A DNA stretch of 64,000 nucleotides from Bacteriovoracaceae bacterium (GTDB lineage: Bacteria; Bdellovibrionota; Bacteriovoracia; Bacteriovoracales; Bacteriovoracaceae). This document shows, piece by piece, positions 38,328 through 47,977 of this stretch. The position numbers and the translations under genes were made by a program. Numbering within the stretch: position 1 is the stretch's first letter; every line of letters starts with the position of its first letter. The DNA is taken from positions 192,001 to 256,000 of the forward strand of contig JBLWTJ010000001.1 in the NCBI GenBank assembly GCA_048270185.1, written 5' to 3'. Under the pieces are notes generated by a model, which ran no database searches, was not told where the DNA came from, and worked only from the letters and a program-made list of their open reading frames with translations.

Positions 38328-40397
38328 TCACATATTGATAATATTTTTTAATATTTCCAAATATCTGTTTTTATTCATGAAATGAGTGTTGTGAGATGCG
38401 TTATCTACTGGATAAGAATGGTATTGGCGGCCAGTGTAGATATCTTTGTATTGTGAGTATTTTTTGTCATTTACACCATAGATATAGTGGTAACTAAGCC
38501 CTTTAGGAAGCTTGCTAAGGTCTCTCAGATCGTCTTGATTGGCCACTGAAACGATTCCACTTGCTACACGCCAGCTATCTTTCATCGAGTAAAACTGTTC
38601 AATCTTATCTTTTAAGAGAGCAGAATCAAAGCCAACAACTTCTTTAATCCCCTCAAAGACACTTTGATCATACCATTTATCAAAGAAGATATGAGCTTCA
38701 CTTTTATCCTCTAGGAGCTTTTCATCATGGGCGAGGCGTTTGTGTCGTGCTTCTTCTTCCAGAGTAAATCCAGGCGCACCTGACTCATTGATAAAGTGTC
38801 CAAAACATTTAAGATTTGATATTGAATCATTTCTTAAAAATTGATTAAAGAGTCTGGCCGACATTGAATAGGTGATAAAGTGAAGTTTACCCTCAAGTTT
38901 GTCGATATTTTTAATCAACTGACATAAGTCTTGTTCAAACTTTTCAATATTTAAATATTTGGCGTTTAGGCCATGGCCTACAATATCAACAAAGACAAGT
39001 AGGTGAGTCTCGCTAAAAGAATCTTTAAGATATTCAAACTCTGCACTATCTCCCATAAAGCCGTGACTAACGATAATTATATCGCCTGTCGGGTTTCCTA
39101 TTGCTCGTAGCTTGAAGTCCTTGCTGATGTTAACGTAGAGTTTTGACATGAACTCACTAAGTTTAGGGCGACTTATTTTAATTCCTGTTTGGAAGTTCGA
39201 AAGATGAGTCGTTTGTAGAATGAAGTTAGGTTTTTCAAACGACGTTAATGACTCATCGATTATCTTATCGACTTTGCGAATGCCTAATTGATTTGAAAAA
39301 CTCATTCCAATTAAGTTTTCATAACTCTTGTGCTTGATAGGAATAATAAAATTAGGGCCCAGGCCAAGGTTGCTAAGCTTTGTTTCAAGTATTTCAGGAT
39401 TAATATTTTCGGCCGCTTTTTGAAAAACAAAATCACGTCGGCCATGAATTTGATAATTGCCTCTTGAGTCAGCTTCTATATGATCACTAACTTGAAAGCG
39501 ACCTGCAAATGGCGCCTCGCCAAGATAGCCTAAACTAATACTTTCACCTACAAAAAATATTTTATCATCAACTTCAGAAACACTGCCTCTCATTGGTTTT
39601 CCACTTGTGGTAAGTGTTGATAGATCAGTTGTTAGCTGGGTTGCAAGAAATTGGGCACTCGTTTCAGTAGCGCCATATGAATTTGATATTTTAATGCCGA
39701 GATCAATTGCTTTCTTTATTAACGAAGAGTCTACCTTTGATCCACCAAGAACGATGCCACGTAGGCGTCTTAATTTATCTAGAACAGAGTCACAGTTTAG
39801 TAGCCTTTCTAATTGTAGTTGAACGAGAGATATTATCGATACCTGAGGATTTTTGCTGAGATCATCAGTAAGATTTGCTGGCGAGATAATTGTTAGGCTA
39901 CTACCTGTAGCGATAGTTCGCCATATGATCATGATCGCACCAATGTGAAAAAGAGGCAGGGATAGGGCCCAATTATCTTCTTTAGTGATATTGTAGAGAT
40001 CAACAGATGCCTTTGCACTTGCCATAAAATTCGACGTTGATAGGCAAACCCCTTTAGGTTTTCCCGTTGAGCCAGAAGTGAAGATAATACTTGCTGTGTC
40101 TTTGTGAATTTTGTCTTCTGTAATATCTTCCAAAGCATAATCTGCTGGAGAATGATGGAGCCTGCTCTTGTCTAATAAAACTGCAATGCCGCCGTTATTT
40201 ATTATTTTTAAATAATTGATGATAAATTCTTTTGAAGATGATGCTTCCCAAGGGAGGAGGGAGAGGCCGGGATCATCGCTTTGCTCACTTATTAAATTTC
40301 TAAGTTCATTATATGTTAGAGAAACACTTCCATTCTCATAAATAAAAGGAGCATCATAATCTTTAATAAGGTCTGTGATAAAACCTTTCTTATTCAT
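38328..40397 (-). CDS. menE: Fused o-succinylbenzoate-CoA ligase (MenE) and MenH-like alpha/beta hydrolase
   Basis: FTSGSTGKPKGV, LPLFHIGA, SYGATET in the N-part; HGFMG, DIVGHG, TYSMSAR, W..Q.VF, G..D.KY, ASHNTH in the C-part. Confidence 0.8.
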   Translation of the reverse strand: MNKKGFITDLIKDYDAPFIYENGSVSLTYNELRNLISEQSDDPGLSLLPWEASSSKEFIINYLKIINNGGIAVLLDKSRLHHSPADYALEDITEDKIHKDTASIIFTSGSTGKPKGVCLSTSNFMASAKASVDLYNITKEDNWALSLPLFHIGAIMIIWRTIATGSSLTIISPANLTDDLSKNPQVSIISLVQLQLERLLNCDSVLDKLRRLRGIVLGGSKVDSSLIKKAIDLGIKISNSYGATETSAQFLATQLTTDLSTLTTSGKPMRGSVSEVDDKIFFVGESISLGYLGEAPFAGRFQVSDHIEADSRGNYQIHGRRDFVFQKAAENINPEILETKLSNLGLGPNFIIPIKHKSYENLIGMSFSNQLGIRKVDKIIDESLTSFEKPNFILQTTHLSNFQTGIKISRPKLSEFMSKLYVNISKDFKLRAIGNPTGDIIIVSHGFMGDSAEFEYLKDSFSETHLLVFVDIVGHGLNAKYLNIEKFEQDLCQLIKNIDKLEGKLHFITYSMSARLFNQFLRNDSISNLKCFGHFINESGAPGFTLEEEARHKRLAHDEKLLEDKSEAHIFFDKWYDQSVFEGIKEVVGFDSALLKDKIEQFYSMKDSWRVASGIVSVANQDDLRDLSKLPKGLSYHYIYGVNDKKYSQYKDIYTGRQYHSYPVDNASHNTHFMNKNRYLEILKNIINM

Positions 40398-41019
40398 AAC
40401 TTCTAAGAAGGCCTACAACGATTCCAGCAATACGAAAATCATTTTCACCTGTAATAACAAATGGAGAGAGTCGATCGTTTGCTGGGTGTAGTTCAATAAC
40501 ACTATTCTTTCGATAGAAGTTTTTAACTGTTGCCTCATTATCAACGAGAGCAATGACAGTCTGCCCTTGGTTAGCATTTTCTTGTGCACGACAAACAAGA
40601 GTATCGCCTTCAAAGATTCCATCATTAATCATCGAGTCACCTTGAACATTTAGTGCAAAATAGCGCCCTGGTCGTGCAACCATATGATTTGGTACTAAGG
40701 TGTGTTCACTTGGGTTTTCAATGGCCTCGATGGGATTACCTGCAGCGACGTCTCCAAGAAGAGGAATTTCACTAAAGTGTTGATTAACCAGAGGTGTTTC
40801 AACTTCTTCAACTTCTAATAACTTGATTCCACGGCGGGCATTCCAGTCGACTTCGATTTTTCCCGCATCCTGAAGATAGTGCATATACTTATTTACAGAT
40901 CCGAAGGATTTTAGTCCGAAGTGGTCTTTAATTTCCTTTTGAGTAGGTGCGAAGCCTTCTTTGAGGTAGTATTCTTTAATATAGAGATAAACTTGGTTTT
41001 GTTTCTTTGTTAATGCCAT
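40390..41019 (-). CDS. lexA: LexA repressor
   Basis: Winged HTH (PTQKEI...RRGI), VAAG cleavage site, GDSM Ser and TVK Lys dyad. Confidence 0.96.
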   Translation of the reverse strand: MALTKKQNQVYLYIKEYYLKEGFAPTQKEIKDHFGLKSFGSVNKYMHYLQDAGKIEVDWNARRGIKLLEVEEVETPLVNQHFSEIPLLGDVAAGNPIEAIENPSEHTLVPNHMVARPGRYFALNVQGDSMINDGIFEGDTLVCRAQENANQGQTVIALVDNEATVKNFYRKNSVIELHPANDRLSPFVITGENDFRIAGIVVGLLRSYE

Positions 41020-41025
41020 ATTATT

Positions 41026-41054
41026 ATATTATGCGTAAGTATTGCGTAAGTCAA
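41026..41054 (-). promoter_or_regulatory. lexA sigma70 promoter overlapped by a perfect 9-bp direct repeat (candidate operator)
   Basis: TTGACT-N17-TAATAT on the minus strand; ACTTACGCA at 41032-41040 and 41043-41051. Confidence 0.7.
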
Positions 41055-41075
41055 CATTTCAATAACTTGCAATAA

Positions 41076-41114
41076 TTCACATTTATTGTGAAAAATGTTC
41101 ACGGAATTTGTGAA
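41076..41114. promoter_or_regulatory. Two tandem TTCAC-N7-GTGAA palindromes
   Basis: Sites at 41076-41092 and 41098-41114, 22 bp apart. Confidence 0.55.
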
Positions 41115-41207
41115 ATTTTCTTACAATCACAATTGTTTCATTGAATTCGTTGACGTGCCCCCCTGTCATTAGATACATATATGCCATCAATTCATACGGG
41201 AGGAGAA

Positions 41208-41969
41208 ATGAATTTTTTCACTAAGTTTAATAAGCTTGTTTTTATTACTGCATTATTACTATCTGCGAATGCATTCTCCATTCATGAGTCTGCGCTTTCG
41301 AGTTTAAATGAGAAGAAATTTGAGTCTTTAAACCCACAGGACAAAGAGCTTTATGCAACTATTGTTGATAAAGAAGTTGTTGAGGTTTACCCACGTTATG
41401 ACCTTGTTGAAGAAGCTCTTTTAGGTCAAGAGAAAGCTGCTGGTGGTGGAATCGGTGAAGTGATTATGATCGCTGATAAACTTCTAGCACTAGGACAAAA
41501 AATTTGGAAGATTGTTGAAGCAGGAAGACCTGTTAGTAACGCTAACTTCACAAAGCCAGTTAGTATTATTCCAAATATGAGTGATGTTAATGGTACTTTT
41601 ACATCGATGACAAATTGGAAGATGCCGATGGTAAAGTCTTTCAGAGTCGCATACAAGAATGGCTTTGGTAGTGAAGTTGTTTCATTTGTTTATACAGTTG
41701 TTTTTCAATACGGTGGAAAGTTTGAAGGGAAGGGTTCTTATATTACAGGACTTTTTGTAACAGCAAGTAACGTAAGTGTTTCTTGGGGATTTAACTTCAA
41801 TGCTTCAAGTGAGATCATGTCAATTACTAACCAAGGTAGTGCAGATGAGCCAATTGCTTCAGCAGTTGTGAATATCAAATACAAGGTTAGCTCTGTTCTT
41901 AAATCAATCGATGAAAGTGATATTTTCTTTGTTAATGGACAGGGAATGTTACAGAGAATGAATTACTAA
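41208..41969 (+). CDS. Exported hypothetical protein
   Basis: SD GGAGGAG before ATG 41208; signal peptide ending AFS; beta-rich C-half. Confidence 0.8.
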   Translation: MNFFTKFNKLVFITALLLSANAFSIHESALSSLNEKKFESLNPQDKELYATIVDKEVVEVYPRYDLVEEALLGQEKAAGGGIGEVIMIADKLLALGQKIWKIVEAGRPVSNANFTKPVSIIPNMSDVNGTFTSMTNWKMPMVKSFRVAYKNGFGSEVVSFVYTVVFQYGGKFEGKGSYITGLFVTASNVSVSWGFNFNASSEIMSITNQGSADEPIASAVVNIKYKVSSVLKSIDESDIFFVNGQGMLQRMNY

Positions 41970-41993
41970 TTCTTTAATTAATATTCAATAATT

Positions 41994-42022
41994 AAAAAGG
42001 CCTGCTTTAGCGGGCCTTTTTT
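41994..42022. terminator. Bidirectional Rho-independent terminator
   Basis: AAAAAGGCCTGC-TTTA-GCGGGCCTTTTTT. Confidence 0.88.
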
Positions 42023-45000
42023 AATGATTTGCTTCTTTTAGAGCTTTGGTTAGTAGATCTTTAAAATAGGCCATATTCTGTTCAGAACGATTCTTATACT
42101 TCTTCTTTGTACTTGGTATGCTCTCAAGGTTAATACCCGCAATGGCCGGTGCCATAATTTGCTTGATCATAAATTCCCGTGCTTTTTTACCATTCTTGGT
42201 CTGAGTGATTTTCTCCCATTTAAAATCTTTCTTATCAATAATATCAAAGAGATCACCCATATTGATGGTAAACTCCCTAAAGAAACCTTTAAAGCCTCTT
42301 GAGCGGTTTCGCATTTTTGTCAGTTCTGTTTGCACAAGAGCGTAGGCCAATTGATCACCAAATGAGTCATCTCCTGTGTCGCTTGTTAGCATTTCCGATA
42401 AGAGGGCACGAAGCTGTAAATCCTCTGCGACATTTTCCATGTCACCTTCATCAACCTTCTTAAAAATATAGGCCTGTAGTTTCTTTCCGGCAGGGGTTTT
42501 AAGAAGTTTTGACAGCATGGCATTATTTGTAATCTTATCAACCTGTTTGAAAACTAAATTATCCTTTCCATTATAGTCTTTTAATTCTTGTTTAAATGTT
42601 TGATTGAGATTCATTCCAAGTTGCGATGCTACAAGGTTTCTTGCAATATCACTACTCATGAAAAATTTAATATTCTCACTTGTTTGAGCATCTGGATTAT
42701 TCTTTTTAAACTCTTTAAATGCGATGGCAGCACTATTAATGTCTTTTGAGCACACGCTTGCATTATTTGTACAAGAGTAGCTCATGGTTTCACCAACAAG
42801 CTCTAGTGTTGATAAAAGTTCAGCATTAGGCATCCCTTTAGCATTAGGATCTTTAAAATTATCTGATTTCTTTGTACTTGGAATTGTCAGAAGTAGATCC
42901 ATGACGTCACTTAATTCATTAGGAGAGTTCTTTCCATAGACTTTTACGAAACGATTCTTAAGCTCTGATTTTATATTGACTTCAAGGGCCTCTATACACT
43001 TTGTCATATTTTCATTTGTTTCATTTAATGTTTCAAATTTTTGATCCATACACTGCTCAAAAGTATAATACGATCTCGTTTCTAAGAATGGAGTCTGAAT
43101 GCCATCTTTGTTTGCGAATTTATTAAGATCTTTTATAAGGCTTGAAGCAATGGTCTTAGCAATAGGAGAGATCTGATCTTTTAGGCAAGTTTGCGCATTA
43201 TCCTGCGCATGGACATCATTTTCAATACTATCTAAGCATTTACTGACAAGATGAAGGGCCGAGTGACTAAGGGCCTCTGCCTTCTCTTTTTCTCCAGGGA
43301 ATAGACCGATAATTGTCTCTAAAACAATCTTTGGTGCAAGGTTCTTATAAGCATCTTTAACTGCAACTGACATGCAGACTTTTGTTTCATCACTTGCTTT
43401 AACCTCGCTATCAGCATCTTTTCTTGCGAGAATATCGTTAATACAACTTTGAATTTGTTGGTTGATTGTATTTGAATAATGGTCGAACTCTTCTTTTGTT
43501 AATTTATTCTTAAAATCATAAAGTGTTGTTTCAATTGCAATTGGAGCAATATCTTTTACGAGTATTGGTGTTAGCGTATCTATCTTGAAATCAATATTTT
43601 CTTTCGTCGAATTTTGAATATGACTATTGATAAGATTACTTAGACTTGATTTTTGAGAATCACTTAATTTGTAATCTTTTGTCTGATCATATGCTGTCTC
43701 TAGGGCGATGACATTAACGACATCCTTTTGAGTAATAAACGTACAATTTTGTATTTCCTTATTTAGATTATCTTGAAATGACTGCATACTCTCATATTTG
43801 CTTAAACTTTCATTTAAGCACTCTTTCATGACTCCTTTAAAAGTGGAAAGTCGCTTTTGTGTCATCGTCTTATCCACAATCTCTTTTTCAAGGCCTTTTT
43901 CAAGTGCTGCTTTCTCAATGCTCTTAGGTAATATTTTTGAAGAGAGTGAAATAATCGCCTGCTTCAGGCAATTATTAACTTCTTTCTCATTTGGTTCTTC
44001 TTTAAGGTTACGATAGAATTTATCTTTTGCTTGCTTCGCACAATGATCATAATCTGTAAGAATTTCTTTTTTGAATTTCTCGCTTTCTTGTTCTGATAGA
44101 TCAAGTGCAATAAATTGTTTATCAAATTCAATTTCAAGAATAGAGCTTGCTGCAGTTAAAGTCGCAATGGCCGTTACAAATTTTGCACATTTATTTCCAT
44201 CATTTGTGTTTTTTGCCTTAAGACATGCAGGTAGATGTACTTCTTTAATTTCATTAACTAGCTTATCTCTTTTTATTAGCGTTAGCGCACTACTGATTGT
44301 TGGATTTGTTGTGATAGCCAGTTCAACGACATCAAAAGTTGCATTCTTAGTCAGACTTGCTACACACTCTGAAATTGTTTGCGCAAATAACTCAGTATCC
44401 ATTTTTGCAAGCGCTAGGTATTCACCATCTGTATGCTTACTCTTGTTGATGACAGGGGAGAAACGGCAGTCATTTGATCGATCTAAGATTGATGTAACAA
44501 GTTTGCTATTATCATCTTTACCTGTATAGCCTTTAATAACATCATTAATTCTCTTCTTTCTTGTTTCTTGATAACTTAAAAGGATACCCTTATAAACACA
44601 TCCTTTAACAATCCCTGTTGTATCCAGGACTTTTTTAAATTTTCCAAGATTATTATCAATACACTTCATGTAAGTATGAGTTGAATGATTTGTTAAAAGA
44701 GAGATACCATCTTCTTGTGAGAAGTTCTTTGCTACTTGTCGCTTAAGTTCCTCTTCTCCAATTCCTATTGCAATATTATTCGTAAATATGGCCGCACACT
44801 CTTTAACCTGTGACGAGTTTACTGAGCGCTGAATACATGCTTTAAAATCTTTCTTATAACCATTGATGAAAGCTATCTTCTCTTGATCTTTATCACCAAA
44901 TGTACCCATCTCATCAAGGATTTTATTAACAATTGTTTCGGCATAGGCAATTGTTAACTCTTTGATTTTCTCAAGATTTCCAAGATCTTTTTTATTAACT

Positions 45001-46022
45001 TCATTAAAAATCTCAACAATTTTGTCATCAGAGAGATTATCTGCAATTGATTTAGTTTTTCTAAATTGACCTAACAAGAAATCTTCTTCATCAAGTGGGT
45101 TTATCGATTCAATGAAGCGTGCCACACTAATAGCACTCTTTTCTAAAACACCAGTTGCTGAATCACCGAAACCAGCTTCTTCAACTTGATCATAGCTTAT
45201 GCGCTCAATAATTCGTCCACGACGGCACTCTTTTTCAATATCTTTGAAGTCTTGAGCTAATTTCTCTCTTTCCTCTTTTAATTTCTGATCCTGGTAAACC
45301 TTAAGAATCTCTTCTAATTTGTCATTTAATTCTTTAACGGGTTTAATCAAATTGCTTACACAGTTAAGAGCATCTTCGCATACTGTTTGAATTGTCTCAT
45401 CAGCATAGTTACTATCATCAAAATCAACATTAAAATTTGAGTTTAATTGATATTTTTCTTTAAGATCGCTAATTGGAATAAATTCTTGTTTATTTGAAAC
45501 TACACCCATTAGGACTCTTCGGTCACTATTTCCATCATGACAGAAAACAGGTGCCGCACTAAGTGCGTTTTTTGATTTAGGTTTAGAAGTTCTAATCCTT
45601 GCGATATCAATGGTCAATTTATCAGAGCGAATAGGGTAGTCCTTATCGTGGCCCTTAACATAACAATTTCTAGTGTCTTCATCGGAGTAATGCTTTGTTG
45701 GGAAATACGGAAGTCGATTTCCAATATTGATGATTTCATGATTTGAATTTCTAGAAAAATCTCTCTTTATTGAAATATTAAAGATGCCATCTCCACAATT
45801 TAGGCTCAATCTTTTTTGACGACTTTGTCTACCATTGCCAAGGTAGCGACAAGATCTTTCCATTAAAATATTTGATTGATCAATGATAGTTGCTTGGCAT
45901 ATGGCCTTAGGATTAGCTGAATTTAAACTTAGATTGACGGTACAAGAAGATAATTCGTTACTTGCGTAACTAGCAAATTGCACTAGTGAATATAGTAAAA
46001 ATAATGTTAAGCCTCGCTTCAT
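42021..46022 (-). CDS. Large exported helical protein with repeated Cys pairs
   Basis: Signal peptide ending SYA; at least eight helix-C-x(12-21)-C-helix units. Confidence 0.8.
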   Translation of the reverse strand: MKRGLTLFLLYSLVQFASYASNELSSCTVNLSLNSANPKAICQATIIDQSNILMERSCRYLGNGRQSRQKRLSLNCGDGIFNISIKRDFSRNSNHEIINIGNRLPYFPTKHYSDEDTRNCYVKGHDKDYPIRSDKLTIDIARIRTSKPKSKNALSAAPVFCHDGNSDRRVLMGVVSNKQEFIPISDLKEKYQLNSNFNVDFDDSNYADETIQTVCEDALNCVSNLIKPVKELNDKLEEILKVYQDQKLKEEREKLAQDFKDIEKECRRGRIIERISYDQVEEAGFGDSATGVLEKSAISVARFIESINPLDEEDFLLGQFRKTKSIADNLSDDKIVEIFNEVNKKDLGNLEKIKELTIAYAETIVNKILDEMGTFGDKDQEKIAFINGYKKDFKACIQRSVNSSQVKECAAIFTNNIAIGIGEEELKRQVAKNFSQEDGISLLTNHSTHTYMKCIDNNLGKFKKVLDTTGIVKGCVYKGILLSYQETRKKRINDVIKGYTGKDDNSKLVTSILDRSNDCRFSPVINKSKHTDGEYLALAKMDTELFAQTISECVASLTKNATFDVVELAITTNPTISSALTLIKRDKLVNEIKEVHLPACLKAKNTNDGNKCAKFVTAIATLTAASSILEIEFDKQFIALDLSEQESEKFKKEILTDYDHCAKQAKDKFYRNLKEEPNEKEVNNCLKQAIISLSSKILPKSIEKAALEKGLEKEIVDKTMTQKRLSTFKGVMKECLNESLSKYESMQSFQDNLNKEIQNCTFITQKDVVNVIALETAYDQTKDYKLSDSQKSSLSNLINSHIQNSTKENIDFKIDTLTPILVKDIAPIAIETTLYDFKNKLTKEEFDHYSNTINQQIQSCINDILARKDADSEVKASDETKVCMSVAVKDAYKNLAPKIVLETIIGLFPGEKEKAEALSHSALHLVSKCLDSIENDVHAQDNAQTCLKDQISPIAKTIASSLIKDLNKFANKDGIQTPFLETRSYYTFEQCMDQKFETLNETNENMTKCIEALEVNIKSELKNRFVKVYGKNSPNELSDVMDLLLTIPSTKKSDNFKDPNAKGMPNAELLSTLELVGETMSYSCTNNASVCSKDINSAAIAFKEFKKNNPDAQTSENIKFFMSSDIARNLVASQLGMNLNQTFKQELKDYNGKDNLVFKQVDKITNNAMLSKLLKTPAGKKLQAYIFKKVDEGDMENVAEDLQLRALLSEMLTSDTGDDSFGDQLAYALVQTELTKMRNRSRGFKGFFREFTINMGDLFDIIDKKDFKWEKITQTKNGKKAREFMIKQIMAPAIAGINLESIPSTKKKYKNRSEQNMAYFKDLLTKALKEANH

Positions 46023-46032
46023 CTCAATTAAC

Positions 46033-46060
46033 TTTTCGGTGAGTTTAGCTTAATACTTGA
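46033..46060 (-). promoter_or_regulatory. Sigma28 (FliA)-like promoter
   Basis: TCAAG-N15-ACCGAAAA on the minus strand, 10 nt before the ATG at 46022. Confidence 0.6.
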
Positions 46061-46077
46061 GTGTTATATTTGGTTTA

Positions 46078-46851
46078 TTAGAATAAATTAGGGCCACTTA
46101 TGGAGTCTAAGTAGCTGATTATTCCTGCTGCCGAGTATTTTGCGTAGAGATGGTGAAACCAATCGTTTAAAACGAGGTCCGCTTCGTGGGAATTTGTGAG
46201 AAATCCAGCTTCCAGTAAGATTGATGGCCTTTTTGAAAGGGCCAAGACATAGAAGAGACCTGGCTTTAATCCACGATCCTTCATCTTATAATTCTTAGTT
46301 AATAATTTACTTATTTGTGTGTGAACCTTTTCTCCAAGTTTTTTTGATTCTGGGGCCACTCTTTCGACAACTAAGTCAGTTAGAATATTATTGATGATGA
46401 CTTGCTTTCCTTCAATATCACGGTTTTCTACGGCTTCAATTTTTGCCACGGCCGCATCTTGGTGATTATCCAGAAAGTATGTCTCAAAACCATTTGAGCT
46501 CTTATCTGTGGCCGCATTTAAGTGGATTGAAATGAAAATATCGGCCTTAATACTATCGGCCATATCTGCTCTTTTTTGTAAAGAAACTGTCGTATCAATT
46601 GTTCTTGTCAGATAAGCACGATGGCGCTTTGTACTATTTATGAATTTTTTTAATTTAAGGGCTATTTTTAGAGCAACGTCTTTTTCACAGACGATACTTA
46701 GTTTTTTCTTCTTTGTTTTCTTGTTCTTTTGCCAGACCTTTGCTTTTGCACCACAGTCCTCGCCACCATGGCCTGGGTCGATCAAAACTGTTGCAGCTAA
46801 GGCTTGGCAGCTAATAATGATACTCAATAGTAATAGGAATCTTTTAATCAT
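46078..46851 (-). CDS. N-acetylmuramoyl-L-alanine amidase (Amidase_3, AmiC-like catalytic domain)
   Basis: IDPGHGGED, EKDVAL, FISIHLNA, LLEAGFLTN motifs; signal peptide. Confidence 0.93.
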   Translation of the reverse strand: MIKRFLLLLSIIISCQALAATVLIDPGHGGEDCGAKAKVWQKNKKTKKKKLSIVCEKDVALKIALKLKKFINSTKRHRAYLTRTIDTTVSLQKRADMADSIKADIFISIHLNAATDKSSNGFETYFLDNHQDAAVAKIEAVENRDIEGKQVIINNILTDLVVERVAPESKKLGEKVHTQISKLLTKNYKMKDRGLKPGLFYVLALSKRPSILLEAGFLTNSHEADLVLNDWFHHLYAKYSAAGIISYLDSISGPNLF

Positions 46852-46876
46852 GTTCTACTATTATAGGGAGAATGAC

Positions 46877-47803
46877 CTATGGGCGCAAATGGATTTTATA
46901 AAGCCTATGTATCTTTGCATCATGAAAGTCTTGGGGGATACTCCAACGAGTCATATCTCTTATTTCAAACTCTTCTTGTAACCCTTCGTCGAGTTTAAAT
47001 GAACGTAAGTTATTTGAGAAGTAAAGCACTCCTTTAGGCTTTAAGAGTCCTGTGCATAACTTCACAAGTTCAATATGATCTCTTTGAACATCAAAGAGTT
47101 TTTCCATTTTCTTCGATTTAGACATAGTTGGTGGATCGAGAATGATCGTATCAAAGCGTTCATCATCTCTTTGCTTTTCCATAAGATACTTCATGGCATC
47201 TTCACGAATAAATTGGTGTTCATCCTTGTTAAGTTCATTTAACGCGAAATTCTCTTGTGCCCACATAATATAGGTATTTGACATATCAACGCTTGTCACT
47301 TTCGCTCCGGCAAAGGCGCTGGCAACCGACAGACTTCCTGTGTAACAAAAAAGGTTTAAGACATTCGTACCTTTGAAGTCTTCGCTAGCAAGCTTCTGCC
47401 TCAATGGCCTGTGATCAAGAAAGAGTCCTGTGTCGATATATTTGTTCAATAGTAGCTTGAATTTAAGTGGGCCTTCTTGAGAAATGAATTTAACTTCATC
47501 CTTTTCTTTTTGATACTGAAATTCGGAATCTTGAACTTTTCTTTCTTTAATAAAGATATTGTCTTGCTCGATTGAGCAAATCTCTTTAATAGCATCAATT
47601 AATAGGGGAAGATGATTCTTCTCTTCATCAATATGATCGATGCTTCTCTTATAGATAATACAGTAAGGTCCATGAAGGTCGACGATGAATGGAAAATCTG
47701 GAATGTCACGATCATAGAGGCGATAAGAATCAATACCAGCTTTTGTCGTCCATTTTTTCTTATGTCGATATAATTTTTTTATTCTACCTGCGATTGCGCT
47801 CAT
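46877..47803 (-). CDS. 23S rRNA methyltransferase, RlmK/RlmI-like (C-terminal half of RlmKL)
   Basis: YRLYDRDIP, DTGLFLDHR, LNLFCYTG, DPPT, FDVQRDH, IPQDF motifs. Confidence 0.88.
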   Translation of the reverse strand: MSAIAGRIKKLYRHKKKWTTKAGIDSYRLYDRDIPDFPFIVDLHGPYCIIYKRSIDHIDEEKNHLPLLIDAIKEICSIEQDNIFIKERKVQDSEFQYQKEKDEVKFISQEGPLKFKLLLNKYIDTGLFLDHRPLRQKLASEDFKGTNVLNLFCYTGSLSVASAFAGAKVTSVDMSNTYIMWAQENFALNELNKDEHQFIREDAMKYLMEKQRDDERFDTIILDPPTMSKSKKMEKLFDVQRDHIELVKLCTGLLKPKGVLYFSNNLRSFKLDEGLQEEFEIRDMTRWSIPQDFHDAKIHRLYKIHLRP

Positions 47804-47893
47804 TTACTTCCTGAAATTTATTATTTGATTAAAGTTAAGTATCTACTTTTACGATGATTATGCTTTAAATTTCTTGAAATGCAAGTACTTGAC

Positions 47894-47921
47894 TAAAGTT
47901 CGCGGTTAAAATGCCCGTAAA
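47894..47921 (+). promoter_or_regulatory. Possible sigma28 (FliA)-like promoter
   Basis: TAAAG-N15-CCCGTAAA. Confidence 0.45.
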
Positions 47922-47977
47922 GAGATACGTTAAATTAAAAACTTAGCTTTAAATTGGTTAAGTGAGGAGAGTTATTA

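Noticed and set aside
44071..44529. 152-aa antisense ORF, and the many similar 60-110 aa nested ORFs in the track
   Set aside because: They are fully nested in or antisense to well-supported genes and show no motifs or RBS.
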